A stretch of DNA of 64,000 nucleotides. Origin: Eledone cirrhosa (lineage: Eukaryota). The stretch's first letter is position 1. Each line of letters begins with the position of its first letter. Below, one piece after another: positions 42,689-57,177 of the stretch. Both the position numbers and the translations under genes were made by a program. The stretch lies in assembly GCA_964016885.1 (NCBI GenBank), contig OZ024742.1, positions 82,336,001-82,400,000 of the forward strand. The letters are read 5' to 3'. The notes under the pieces were generated by a model. That model was not told the DNA's origin. It made no database searches and saw only the letters and a program-made list of their open reading frames with translations.

Positions 42689-42816
42689 AAATATGGTTTT
42701 ATAAATATAGTTTCCATTTATTTAATATTGTAAATATACTCCAAATATTTGTCGAGTGCTTTTATATCAGTTATAAATACTTACTAGTTGTAACACAACA
42801 ATTTAAATATAACTTT

Positions 42817-42889
<73 letters not shown>

Positions 42890-43494
42890 TATTCATATGT
42901 GTGCGTATATGTATGTATATGTATGTATGTGTGTATGTATATATATGTGTATGTATGAGTGTATGCATATATATATAAATGTATACAAGGTTGGGCGTGT
43001 GTATGTGTGCGCGCGTATGTATGTATAAATGTGTATGTTTGAGTAGGCCAGGCTTATCCCACCGGATACATGGCGCGACTTAAGCAGCCGTCATAAAGCT
43101 TGCGGCGATATGTATCTACAAATGGGTGTAACTGTGTCCGTGGAAGTGAGGGAGAGAGTGTGTGTGTATATATACATATATGTATGTATGTGGGGGGGCT
43201 GCGCTTGTAGGCTTACGTGTGTGTATGCATCACTATCTGTGTCTGCATGTGTGTGTGTATGTGTGTGTATATTAGTATGTGTGGGTGCTTACTCTTAAGT
43301 GTGAACAGACGTGTGAGATACTGAATCCAGCATGACTCCATCGAAATGTGTGGGACGGAAAATGGCTGATGACCCGTGTGGCAGTAAATACTGACCAGAA
43401 CTTGTGATGACGTAGAATAAAAACAGTCAATGGCATGAAAAGAGTGGAAGTAGGTTTTTCTTATGGTGATAAAATTTACTCCAAACGAAATACA

Positions 43495-43585
43495 CATGTC
43501 TGAAAGAACCTGACGAAGTAGAATCAGCCAGATTCATACAAAGACCATGTCTCGAGCTACCTGGCGGCGAAACAATTGTAGAACG
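43495..43585 (+). ncRNA. Hammerhead variant (mirror of 33348-33438, more decayed)
   Basis: CTGAAAGA..GAAA-CAATTGTA. Confidence 0.6.
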
Positions 43586-44269
43586 CAATAAATTAAGTCC
43601 AGATGCATCAATGATTTTTCGTTTCATTTATACTATCTAAACTCTACTCTGCTGAATATCTAGTGCTAATTTTGGCATACCGCCTATGGAACCACCATAG
43701 CTACCATTATACACAACTATATTTTATATATATATATATATAAATATAGGAAAAAATGAAATTTCATTTCTCACTCTTAGTACGGCTCATACTTAAATAT
43801 AAGAATGTATACGTACATACATATATGTATACAGACGTACAGTAGTATGTATATACATACATAGATGCACACATATGTATATGTACGTATGGGTTTACTG
43901 AATATTTATTATAATGCTCGGTTTGTTTGTAAACAAACAGCCCTAATTATTGGCAGTACAGTGCTCGGCAAACATCGTTGCCATTTCTGGCGTATTAGCT
44001 GTCATCAGCATTGTATACCTTCCTGTCAGTTGATTGAACGTTTGTAAGTATACACTTTCCTTATGCATATTAACGGCTGAGCAGCCTAATTTGCATATCG
44101 TGTGAGTTAGTCAGCCGGGCGTACCGAAAACGATAAATGGAAAAAAATGAAATTTCATTTCTCACTCTTAGTACGGCTGATACTTAAATATAAGTATGTA
44201 TACGTACATACATATATGTATATAGACGTAGAGTGGTATGTATATACATACATACCAGCACACACACAT

Positions 44270-44300
<31 letters not shown>

Positions 44301-44424
44301 CGTATTGGTTTACCGAACATTTATTATAATGCTCGGTTTGTTTGTTTAACAAAAAGCCCGAATTATTAGCCGTACAGTGTTCGGCAACCATCGTTGCCAT
44401 TTTGTTCAACATTGACAAAGGAAC

Positions 44425-44463
44425 AATGAACTAGTTTCTAGCTTATTAGCTGTCATCAGCACT
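44425..44463 (-). ncRNA. Minimal type I hammerhead of the 450-bp unit
   Basis: AGTG-CTGATGA-cAGCT AATA AGCTa-GAAA-CTAGTT^CATT. Confidence 0.82.
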
Positions 44464-44799
44464 ATTTACCTTCCTGTCAGTTGATTGAGTCTTTGAAAGT
44501 ATATACGTTCATTATGCATATTAACGGCTGAGCAGCCTAATTTGCATATCGAGTGAGTTAGGCGGCCGGGCGTACCAAATACGATAAATGGAAAAAATGA
44601 AATTTCATTTCTCACTCTTAGTACGGCTGATACTTAAATATAAGTATGTATATGTATGCACGTACATACATGTATGCATACAGACGTACAGTAGTATGTA
44701 TAGACATACATACATGCACAAATATATATATGTACGCATGGGTTTACATTTATCGTTTTTGGTACGCCCAATCGACTAACTCACTCGATATGTATGTAT

Positions 44800-45380
44800 G
44801 TATGTTATGTCGGGTCACTCTTGAGTACTACTGGTAACATGTAACCCAGTACAACATGTCGCATGGTCGGGTTATCGGCGACTAAACCGGCAACCCACCA
44901 AGTGTACTTGGTGAGGAGGGTAATTTTGGACAGCCTGCAGGACAAAAAACAAAACCTTGCAAAGGGCGGAAGAACTCATAAGAGTCAACGGCCATCCAAA
45001 GGTGTGTAAATATGTATATACACATGTACATGTGTGTTATATACATATATGTATATGTATATGTGTATATGCATGGGTGAATATGTATATGCGCGGGTAC
45101 ATAGAAATAGTCAGGCTTGACACCCAATCGCCCCGTTAAACCACTGGGAGTGAAGGACCCCTAGCCTTTATCAGGGCATTCTTCTTGGAGAAGGCAACTC
45201 AGGAAACTGGGATAACTCCGATATAAAACCTGCTGCTCAGTAGTTACCGATGATGTTGATATTTTCTTCTTTTCGGGTTATAGCTACTGTCGCTCAGAGA
45301 GTGGGATTGGCTCAGTGCACAGTCTTTCCTCACTTTAAAAAATATATTTACGCCGAGGCATTGCACCTTTGAATTAATTA
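44800..45380 (+). mobile_element. Unrelated insert, resembles an RTE-type 5' UTR/SINE
   Basis: More GC-rich; gtcaggcttgaca..ggagaaggcaactc motif recalled from RTE leaders; interrupts the HHR repeat. Confidence 0.4.
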
Positions 45381-45689
45381 ATAATTATTAATAATGATAT
45401 ATCGTGCAATGGACATAGTCGATAACGAGGGGGCAGCCATCATGTATATATTATGTACGTATGTATATACATACTACTGTACGTATGTATACATGTATGT
45501 ATGTACGTATATATACTTATATTTAAGTATCAGCCGTCCTAAGAGTGAGAAATGCAATTTCATTTTTTCCATTTATCGTTTTCGGTAGGCCCGGCCGACT
45601 AACTCACTCGATATGCAAATTAGGCTGCTCAGCCGTTAATATGCATAATGTACGTATATACTTTCAAGCGTTCAATCAACTGAGTGTAC

Positions 45690-45728
45690 GGTGCTGATGA
45701 CATCTAATAAGCTAGAAACTAGTTCATC
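45690..45728 (+). ncRNA. Hammerhead of the 450-bp unit (stem II mutated)
   Basis: GGTG-CTGATGA-catct aata agcta-GAAA-CTAGTT^CATC. Confidence 0.7.
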
Positions 45729-45850
45729 TTTCCTTTGTCAGTGTTGAACAAAATGGCAACGATGGTTGCCGAACACTGTACGGCTAATAATTCGGGCTAT
45801 TTGTTTACAAACAAACCGAGCATTATAATAAATGTTCGGCAAACCCATAC

Positions 45851-45881
<31 letters not shown>

Positions 45882-46764
45882 CATGTGTGCATGTATGTAT
45901 GTACGCATATACATACTACTGTACGTCTGTATACATATATGTATGTACGTATATATACTAATATTTTATATATATATATTAATTAGAATAATGTGTTAGT
46001 TTATCACCAACACTTTTGTATGCATGGTAGAGCATTCAACGACGTACACAAGTGTGTCTGTTTACACCGGAGTATATTCACAATCATGAAGTACACGTTA
46101 ACTTCGTTTATTCATAATCGCTGTCATATATATTTCAGTAATGACCTGAATCCAACAGTTATACTTCATCAGGCAGCTAGAACTTGAACAGATAAAACAG
46201 AATGAAGAAATAAAGCCTACTCCTGTTGTTTCGATTTATTGATATGCCCATTTGGTATTTGGAAATACAAAACAAATAATAATATCTAGATTTGCGGTAA
46301 AATTATTACTGAAACAAAATGAAAGCCGCAATCCACATTTATATATAACTACCTGACAATATTTTTATGCATTTGCCTTCACACACGATTTAGCGTCCAC
46401 AGTTCTATTATATCTAGAATCAGGATTCCGTATCAGAAACCTTAAACGCTACCCATTCATTCCATGGAATCGCACAGAAACATTACGCATCCAGGCAGCA
46501 AAGATTTACTCTTTCTCCTCTTTTTTTAATTCTACATTTACTTTAATGCCTACTGTAATGCCTACAAAATACACATGATTCAATAGTTGGCCTTATATGG
46601 ATGTGCGGAATGTTTTATTATCCGTATAAATAAACTTTCGTCTCAACTATATTCCTTCTAATGGCCTCATGTTTCAGGAGGGATATTTAAATAAAAACTG
46701 CCTTGAAATAATGAGGGTGGATTAATTTTAATTTCGTCTATATATTAAATTTAAGCAACACATT

Positions 46765-46905
46765 GTCAGAGTCATTGGAACGTCGAATATAATGCATTGC
46801 TGTATTCGTTCCAGCTCTCTGCTCTTTGAGTTCAAATCCCGCCGAGGTCAACGTTGTCTTTCATCCTTTCGAGGTCGATAAATAGGTACCACTCTAGTAC
46901 TGGGA
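46765..46905 (+). mobile_element. MetaSINE-like SINE
   Basis: gagttcaaatcccgccgaggtcaac..tttcatcctttcgaggtcgataaa. Confidence 0.8.
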
Positions 46906-48889
46906 TCAGTTACTCGTCTCTCTTACTCTCTTTCTCTGGAAGAGATCTACTGTACACTGATGTGAAGAGGGATGGGCTCCGCCAGGTTCTAAAATACCCG
47001 GGAAAATCCTTATATCAATACGACGAACCTACATCTCCCCCACCACTTACGGGATCATGCATTCATATATTAAACATATTTGTTGAAAGTGTAAACCTAA
47101 ATAGCAGGCGTTCATAAATTAGGATAACAAGTTGCTTACTTCTGAGTTGAATATTATTTACGCCTCATATCCTTGTGAAATATGTGTAAGACTTCTCCTA
47201 TTTTATACGTTTAACTTAAAACCCATAGAACTGTTCATTCATTCATTAGCATATCATAATATTTTATTATCGAATGAACTGAAATAAAACTCATAAATAT
47301 CTCCACATCTTGAACGTAAGATTTATTGTTATTGTTTGCCTTATATCAAATAGAATATTATGAATAGTATATAGGAAATGCATATATATATATTTTAGAA
47401 TAACGGTATAGTATGAGAGTATACTCTACGGTAATAAAGCACTATTGAGTTCTTAAACCAAGTATATATTTCAGTCACTCTTTTGTGTGAAGCCCTCACA
47501 TTAGTATCTAAATCATTTTACCTTGTTGGCTACTTAATGGTTCTTTGACAATAGAATAATGCCACAGGTAATACATATTTCAATGAATCAAAAGAAATCA
47601 TAAATCAAACTAAATTCTGCGAAATATAATTCTAGAGTATATCATTCCTCAATAGATTATTTATAAGATATAATATATTATATTCATTTTCTTTTTATTT
47701 CTTCATATAAAATAAATACTTTTGTAACTTAAATATTTTGCAATTTCAAATATAGGCACTACACGTGAGCAATTTTTATAGGCACTTAAAGCTCTACTGA
47801 TACATAACAATCAACGAAATAGGACAGTTTAGCATTCAAGTTGTCATTGCTGCTGGAGAAACGAATTTGCTTCAATTTGTAATATATACAAGCATTATGT
47901 CTGGTTTTATAGATTTATATCATTATCAATAATACTTGCCAAATATTATTGTGAAAATCTAAATGATTGTACGAAATTACTATTTGATAGGTTTTACATG
48001 ATTGCATTCATGTGAATGTTAAACACGTACAAAAGTAATTATTTTTCCTGTGCTAAGGTTTCTGGATTACCAATTAATTTGGCAGTTTATTTCTTCCATA
48101 TATTAATCGCCATGATACGTTTTGAGTGTCCATGTTATTATTCGTTAAAGAAATAGTATTCCATGTACAAAAATATACTATTAACATATTTTTAAATGTC
48201 TAAGCATAGTTATTATTTCATCAATATGCCGAGCAACGGCATAAGGATTTGAAAGCTGGAATAAATACATCAGAGGATTTTCTTTCTTTTGATAATATTC
48301 TGTGTTCAACTCACAAGCGGGTAACATATATTCTTTAAAGTAATCTAGCGATGAATTTTTAAATTCATTTACATCGATTCCATCAAATATTGGTTATAGA
48401 ATTTGCTTAAGTGAGACGCAATAATAATCCTCCACTTGGGATATACATTAGATATACTAGCAACGTATGTTGAGAAATATTTTTTTAGTAAGTACTCTAT
48501 TTAATTTTCCGAAATGGAAGACAATCTGCAGAGCCCTACTTTTCTTCTGTTCATAATTAGAATTTAAGTTGCCAGAATTGATAAGGAGTGAAAACGTATG
48601 GTTCAGGTACATTTTGTTATTGAACAGATATGAGAGGCAGAATATATTTTAGTCCATAAATTACGAGTAAATTAATTTTAAGGAAGGGAAGCAATGCATA
48701 TATGCCCGCCTCATATGAACCTGCTTCTTGAAAATTGTCCGATACTTCGTCAAACTTAGCAAATATCTGGAAGATGCTGATAGGGATCAAACACCAACAA
48801 TCAAGCGCAAAAATCATGCCCGCTATCTTAATACAAGCAGCACACCTAAGTTTCTAAAATCCGTTAAAATATTACTCGATAAAGCCCTG

Positions 48890-49330
48890 AGAAAGTGAAT
48901 CAGAGACATTATAATGGATCGTAAGGTTTCAGTATGTACCATCAGAATTGTTGTCCATGAAGATATTCAATAAAAGTCGTATGTGATGCGGAAAGGCAAA
49001 TTTATATCGGATGTGAGAAAAGAAAACCGTTTGGGTTGTGTACAACGCTTACAGAATAAGATAAAAACACCAAGAAGCTGGAATGCGTTGATTCATTTCT
49101 GCGGAGAGAATCTTCGATCTGGACCAAAAGATAAACTGAAGATCCGATAGAGGGCTATGCAGAGACACTAATGAGATTTCGACAGTCATGCACACCGCCC
49201 TTTTAGCGACTGTGATGGTTCTGGGTGTCATCAGCAACGGGGGGATATCATGCCTCCTTATTTCGTCTCTATTTCATTGTTATATCAATGCACCAGAATA
49301 TACAAACCTACGTGTAACCCTCGTCGAATT
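48890..49330 (+). mobile_element. Decayed Tc1/mariner-superfamily (maT-like) transposase fragment
   Basis: VSVCTIRIVVHEDI.*KSYVMRKG..RKENRL..FDLDQKIN..DR.LC..VMHT...ATVMVLGVISN. Confidence 0.75.
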
Positions 49331-50091
49331 GTCTATCCTTAGTTTACTAGGGTTGGATATATATATATACATAACGGATATATAAACTGCCATACAGACA
49401 AGTGCCCGCATCGTGTGATAACGCTCACAGACACATACAGAAGTGTTACCATAACCCCTATATTCATATAAAGAGTTACTACATTGGAAAACGAAAATGT
49501 ACACCTCAAAATATCTGAAGTTATTCTTTCAACAGAAAAGTTTAACTTTACGATAAAGGGGAGGCTGGAAATTTAAAGAAATCGACGGGTTCATGTACAT
49601 AAGCAACGTCTGTTGTCAAGTGGAGGTTTAAGTATTCTGACATGTAGGGATGTATGAAGAAGTGGTGCTGGTTAGTAAGGATCTATCTTAAGTGATAATC
49701 GCCAAACTGACAACGGGCTATCACGATCGCCTTTGTGACGAAAACAAAAAAAGAACAAAAACAATAATTTCTTCTCAGTCTATTTCTTTGCTTTTTTCCT
49801 TAAAGTCTCTTGGAATTTCTTTGGTATACAACTTTTATCAATATACAACTGATAATGTCAGCAGATTCATACGCAACCTGGTCCTAAAATGTGCATAGTG
49901 TTTACAGAAATGAATAATTAAGGGAATTCAACCTATCCGGTCTCCGGCCATTTTACTTTATAATATATTTAAATATCCGTTCCCGCACCACCAGCAGGAT
50001 TCAAAATCAAAGAAGTATGAGTTGCGTAACGTCCTGTGCTTTCCTACTATTATATCATGGCTAACATTGTAGAATGCGCACCAAATCTAAA

Positions 50092-50202
<111 letters not shown>

Positions 50203-50494
50203 GAACAAATAGTAAAAAGGAAAACATTCAGAGGAAAAAGCTGGAGGGAACTTTCGAGTATAATATCAAAACTTTTATTTATGAAATGGGTATTTCCTTA
50301 TTTAAAAGTGGGACCGGTTTCAACATTATATGCTTTTTCAACGGCGGACTTGAAAAGCGTAGTTAAGCTGCATATTTATATGAATAAAATGGGGAAGACA
50401 AATTATTAGTTTTTAAATACATATTTAGAGTAGAGACTTCATATCTCTGTCCGAGGTTGTCCTTCGTTCTCTGTTAGTTGGCTATATATGTAAA

Positions 50495-50568
<74 letters not shown>

Positions 50569-51022
50569 CATCTGTGTGTGTGTGTCTCTGTGTGTGTGTG
50601 TATGTATGCCTCTGTACATATGTGTGCGTGTATGTTAAATAAGTTGTCCTTACAAATTTAGCCCGGAACACATCCTGAATGATCTGGAAGAACAGAATAT
50701 AGATATCGTATATACCTTTAACTTCTTTTGTTCCTCCTCTCTTCTATCTACTTTCTCATGCTTTTCTTCACACTGAATATTTCCATCTATTCATTCAGTT
50801 CTCCATTTTTAGCTTTTATGCTGTTATTTGTAAATGTAATCTGAACTCATAAATCAACCACTCCAACCGATAGCACTCGTCCATCCCTCCACAAACAACA
50901 CTTGTCTATAAACAAATATATGAAATTCAGCTACTCAACGTTCTCGGATTCGTTCTTTAGGGAGAAGGAAGGCCTGAAGCTTGAAGTGTCATTTATTCAA
51001 TAAATAAATGTAGTTTTATCCG

Positions 51023-51070
<48 letters not shown>

Positions 51071-51079
51071 AGTTTTATC

Positions 51080-51179
<100 letters not shown>

Positions 51180-51222
51180 ATATATATATATATATATATG
51201 TATATTATATATAGTTTTATCC

Positions 51223-51259
<37 letters not shown>

Positions 51260-52175
51260 GCCCACATGTACATGTACACCTCGCAACACATATATATAGA
51301 TATAAAGGACTATATATATATATATATATAAATATTCTTTCTGCATGTGTGTAATATGAATCGACTTAGATATTACTAAATTTTGCATCTAAGATTTATA
51401 CAACCCAAAATGGAAAAAAAAAATGTTTTGTCACTACTCTTCCCCTGACTTCAAGATTTAGATATATGTATTTTCACTCAATAATTTTTATTCAAACGTA
51501 TTTTACTTCATCGTTAATAAACTATATATTGTAGCTTTTTTTGCTAAAGAATTGTTTTCTTCCAGTTAGATTTATGTCGTTTCTGCCTTCTTTTATTGGA
51601 TCGTTTGGAGGGTATTTTTATGATGAAATTGAAACGAAATATACCACACATAACGAGTGACATATTTACAGCCGAGTAAAGTATAGCTAAAAATTGTGAA
51701 CGTTATTTCTCAGGTTAGTACACTTTACATAAACATCCAGTTGAGAAAACGTTTTATTTACTATGAATATGGATGTATTTTGAAATCTCATGTTATTTTC
51801 ATTAACTCGCAAATTTTAATAAATATAACATATTGTCATATAAATTATAATATAAATAAAAGCAAAAAACACACCTACATGATATGCAGAGGTGTATATT
51901 TCATTTAGAAATAATAACATAAGCAAGTGAATGCATAATCATACACATTCGTACACACTGCACAAAAATACTGTAAATACACACAACCGCCCCCCCCCTC
52001 CCCGTGCGGGCACACAGACACATATATATATATATATATATATATGGGGGGGGGGGTATGTGCGTGCGTGTGTGCGTGTGTGTGTATGAAAATTGAATTG
52101 AAACCCGGTGTGTCAGCTAAATAAACGGGGAAGGCATTAGCATACACGGGTTAAGGAAACATTTTCCTATGTAAT

Positions 52176-52395
52176 AATGGCTTCTTATATAGGCACAAGG
52201 CCAGCAATTTTGGGGGAGGCGAAAGTCGATTAAATTGACCTCATTGCGTGACTGGTACTTTATTTTATCGACCCCGCAAGGATGAAAGACAAAGGTAACC
52301 TCGGTGGGATTTGAACTCACATCATAAAGGGGCGTAACTCTATGCTGCAAAGCATAGCGTCCGACCCTCTACCGCTACTGCCAATCCACTGCACT
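52176..52395 (-). mobile_element. MetaSINE-like SINE with 15-bp TSD
   Basis: attttcctatgtaat at 52161-52175 and 52396-52410. Confidence 0.88.
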
Positions 52396-54324
52396 ATTTT
52401 CCTATGTAATGATAATATTATTCAAATTAATCTGTGCTGCCAATGTTGATATATGTTATGATGGTATCTTATTCTATTCCAATTATATGATTGGGAAATG
52501 TTAAGAATTCTTAATAAACGATTAATCTAGCGTTGCAATTACAATAGCATACCTAAACTGTTTAGAAGCTCGTTTCAAAATCGGGAGCTACCGGTTTTTT
52601 ATTCTAATACCGGGCCAATATTCCAAGTAACATTATTGTGATTTTGCGTTAATTGTTTCGACAGGGACTATGTGGATGACTATTATGCTGAATGTACATG
52701 CAAATAATGTTATGTTCACGAATCTATGATCGCCATGATTGCCATCATGCAGATGGACAATACTTCATGGTGGGTAATCTAGTGACATATTTCACTTATA
52801 TTCTACTCCTTGTTATTCTAGTATAGATCACTGAGTTAAGAGAACACATTTATATTTAGAATCTTGTGTAATAAATAACAATATATGGCGATTGGAAATT
52901 TTCCGAAATTTTGACATATGTTTTCTATGGCCATCATGTAAGAAGGCTGTTATTCCACGAACTGTCTCTGCTACAAGGCTAACTTGCCTGGCTACACGAT
53001 TATTTATCATAATATCTATGTCTTTGGCAGACCTATATATAATGCTATTTTTCACAATATACCAGTTGTATTTAATGTATCGACGTTGAAACTCATAGAT
53101 TAATAGATGTTTGATTTGTATGCCAAGTCGGCTATACTTGAAATAACTTATGATCCGATGCAGTCCAGCGTTAAACATTTACGTATTTTTTTCTGCAAAG
53201 TTTTAATTGAAGAAATGCATAATTTTAAGGAAAACGCTTGTGTCTTCGTGAAATATTATTTCTGAATTTGTTCTCGTTTATCCAGTGACGACATAAATGT
53301 TTCCACATATATAATCATGAGGTGATGGTAGAATCTAAACCTGATTTAATGAAAATAAAAATATGTTTCAAAAATGAATTAATAGAACCATTTTTTGTGA
53401 GTACACAGTTCAAAAAACCAGATTTTGAGATTAATAACATGTGTGTGTCATACAAGGAGAACAGAGAGATATACGAGTATAGGTGGAGTAAATGTTCATT
53501 GAAATAAATCAAGAATATGTTTTTAAATACCTTTTTCAATTGAACACATTTTCAATCGATATGTCTTCATTTATATCCCATAGAAATAAATCTTCATTGG
53601 GACTTACATACATATCTAACTTTCAATTAGAATGCGATAGAAGCATTTGTTACTTTTCTATAGATATTCCATTAGCGACAATAAATTCTTTGATATTCAT
53701 AGGCCTTTATATTGAACTTCATTTATGTTTAAACTTTCCTAATAATTTTCGCCTTTTTTTCTTTTGTTTTTACTCTGGGACTGCGGACCTGTTAGATATG
53801 TGGTCGATCGTGTGCATAATATATTATCAGGTATGTAAGGCGAAAAATGTGTCATTTTTTTTCTTAATTTTATATATATCTTTTAGGTTATGTGTTTACA
53901 CAAAAGTAAATTTATTATTTTAATCGATATGTCTATGAAATCACATTCTTTTATCTAAATATTTTGTTTATCAATTTATATTTGTTTTTATTTTCATGAT
54001 ATTAACTTAAATTTAAGAGGGAATATTTACCTCCGATATTCTAAAATCTAGTCATAAAAGTTATCGACCATGTCATTTTTATTAGACCCTCCATAAATAT
54101 AAATATGTATGTATATATATATACATATATAGAGAGATGTGTCTGTACGTATGTGTGTCTATGTGTGTGTCTGTGCGTATGTGTTTGGGAGTATAGGTGT
54201 AACAAATTCATGTTCTTATCAATATATCAGCAGAAATGTGAATCATAAACGGCATGTAGTGTTCAGTAACACGATTCAATTCTATATCGATATGTGTTTA
54301 TATATATATATACATATATGTGTG

Positions 54325-54481
<157 letters not shown>

Positions 54482-54595
54482 ATGTTTATATATATATATA
54501 TGTATAAATATATATGTACACATTTATATATATATGCACATGTATATATGTATATATATATATGTATATATATATATAAATATATATATATATAC

Positions 54596-54632
<37 letters not shown>

Positions 54633-54638
54633 TGTATA

Positions 54639-54685
<47 letters not shown>

Positions 54686-54709
54686 GTATATATATATATA
54701 TGTATATAT

Positions 54710-54808
<99 letters not shown>

Positions 54809-56506
54809 AATTTCATCACTAGATATCAAACAGTATATATTACTTCCTACACGCTTTGATATATAAATAGGTTGAATTATATACGTATGCCTCTTTATTA
54901 TTTTTTTTTTTTTTCAGATTTAAACTTGTAAAAAATATTGTACGGAAGTTATTCCATATGTACATTAAATAAGTTTTATTTATTTTTATTTATTAATATT
55001 ATTATATTCCTCAACATCAAAGGGAGGAAATACTTTAAAATGAAATTTAGGTTTTCATTACAAGGCATAGCTTGTTTTCCTTCACTTCATGCATGTAGTC
55101 GCCTTTCCCTCTTATGTCAGTAATAATTACATTTTTTGGCATACGATATTATTCTATAGAAGTATAAATTCTCTTTATCTATTATCAGATCACAAATATT
55201 CTAACTGTGTGACATAAAATATATGAGGTCTCCTCTTTTGATATTTCATATATGATATCTAACTCTCTGGCAGTGTATAGGTTCTAAAAGCTTAAATACT
55301 CACGCGCACACACACACAACAAAACATATGCATATATATCTATGAACATGTGGGTTTTATATGTGTGTGTGTTACTGCATATCTGTGAGTATACCTTCAC
55401 ATGTATACCAATAAATGCGTGAGATGTGAAAAATAAAGTGACAATTAAAGCCTTCTGAATACATTTGCATTATACTGGTCGATATCGTTTCCAGTGGCTT
55501 CAGCTTTCAAATTAGTGTTTTATCATAACTGTGACTGTGGTTACCTACACTAGTTTGTTATAAATATCAGAAGTATACGAGTAGCCACCTAACGAACTTG
55601 AGGATAATTCGTTCCAGCATGTTCCTCCTCAAAGACGAGTGGTAAGAATCTGTGTCAAGATATCCAGTAGCACTTTTGTGTTATGGTTGAATTTTTTCAG
55701 TGTTGATTTCCGGATGCGATTCTAACTACTGTTTTCCCTGTCAAGCTTGTAAACACATGAATGTAGGTGTGTCGGTGATCTGTTGTATATGTGTATTTAA
55801 TTCTAAATAAAATACTTTAAAATAGTTTCCAGTAATTGCTGGCCTTGTGCCAAAAGTAGAAACTATTATTTTTGATGATTGATTTAAGATGCGGTGTAAA
55901 GACTAACATCCGGAAAATATTATCTATTAAAATAATATAGAATTATTATTATTTTTTTTTTTTGTGAATGTCTGTATGTAATGACATATCATGTTTCGTT
56001 GTTTTATATGGAAACATACTATATGTTTTCTCATTCCAGGGTTAACTACTCAGATCTACGCTGATCAGAACCATTTAGTGCCGGTGATGTACATTAATTG
56101 TTTCATGACTTTAAATATATATTTATATCAATTGCAATGTAGCTGTGCTGATATGCATCGTTATGAAATAGTACGCACGCACTGGTACACGCTTACGTGC
56201 CCAAAGTTTCTTCTTACGAAATTTCAGTTTCAAATTATTTTTCCAAAATAACAGAAACCTATAGAATATTACCCGCAATTAATTGGGCAAGTCTAGCACC
56301 ATCTTGAAAGAGAAATAAAACAAAATTATTTCATTCATGTTTAAGTAAGTGATACATCAGAGTACATTAATCATTGTGTGATGCATATTCCATTACTCAC
56401 TTGCTCCTTTTCTCAGTTTTCTCAGGCGTAGTATTTGAAGCGGTAACGGTATATGTATGTATTTAGTTGAAACTGGTTTCAATTTCAAGAAATTGTCTAA
56501 AATTGA

Positions 56507-56805
56507 ATTCCTGACGATAGCTAATAAGCTTGAAACTAGTACATCGTTCCTGTGTCAGTGTTGAACAAAAAGGTGACGTGATTGCCTAAACACTGTACGG
56601 CGTAATTCGGGCTGTTTGTTTGTTTACAAACAAACAAACTGAGCATTAAAATAAATGTTCGTAAACCGATACGTGCATATATATATACATACTACTGTAC
56701 GTCTGTATACATATATGTATGTACGTATACATACATGCATACTTACATTTAAGTAAGTGACGTACTAAGAGTGAGAAATGAAATTTCGTTTCATTCTATT
56801 CCATT
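56507..56805 (+). mobile_element. Dispersed partial copy of the 450-bp HHR unit, HHR core 56511-56545
   Basis: CTGACGA-tAGCT AATA AGCTt-GAAA-CTAGTA then sequence matching 45730-45960 and 45500-45570. Confidence 0.82.
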
Positions 56806-56837
<32 letters not shown>

Positions 56838-56846
56838 AATATATAT

Positions 56847-57014
56847 ATATTGTTATATTTGGGGAGGGTCATATTTGCGTAATATTGCCAGAATTAATAA
56901 CAGAACACACTCACTGTTTGGTTGGTTTTCGAAAACCAACCAAACAGTGAGTGTGTTCTGTTATTAATTCTGGCAATATTACGCAAATATGACCCTCCCC
57001 AAATATAACAATAT
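56847..57014. repeat. Perfect 168-bp palindrome with no spacer
   Basis: 84-bp arms centred on TTTTC|GAAAA at 56930/56931. Confidence 0.93.
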
Positions 57015-57087
57015 CTGTTTCGACACACGATTTCATATAAAAAACCTCGCAAAACTAATTCATCGCCGCTAATATATATATATATAT

Positions 57088-57177
<90 letters not shown>

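Larger units (their letters stand above)
38621..42732 (-). mobile_element. Hydra-like PLE with about 640-bp inverted pLTRs (38621-39269 / 42093-42732)
   Basis: RT ORF 40834-42027, GIY-YIG in 40190-40590 (CNCRDRTKCPLNNNCL..YVGSTST), near-identical inverted arms. Confidence 0.93.
37348..43636 (+). repeat. Inverted arm of the 33.3-37.3 kb PLE, interrupted by later insertions
   Basis: 37348-38600 mirrors 35400-34450; 42880-43636 mirrors 34100-33298. Confidence 0.85.
43745..45960. mobile_element. ORF-less HHR-bearing 450-bp tandem/inverted repeat element (retrozyme-like)
   Basis: Unit starts at 43748, 44138, 44588; orientation flips near 44747; opposite-strand units 45440-45960. Confidence 0.82.

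Noticed and set aside
38621-42732. DNA transposon with long TIRs
   Set aside because: Interior is RT + GIY-YIG and arms contain HHRs: inverted pLTRs
43748-44745. CRISPR-like or simple satellite array
   Set aside because: Eukaryotic context, 450-bp units with no spacers, dispersed and inverted copies
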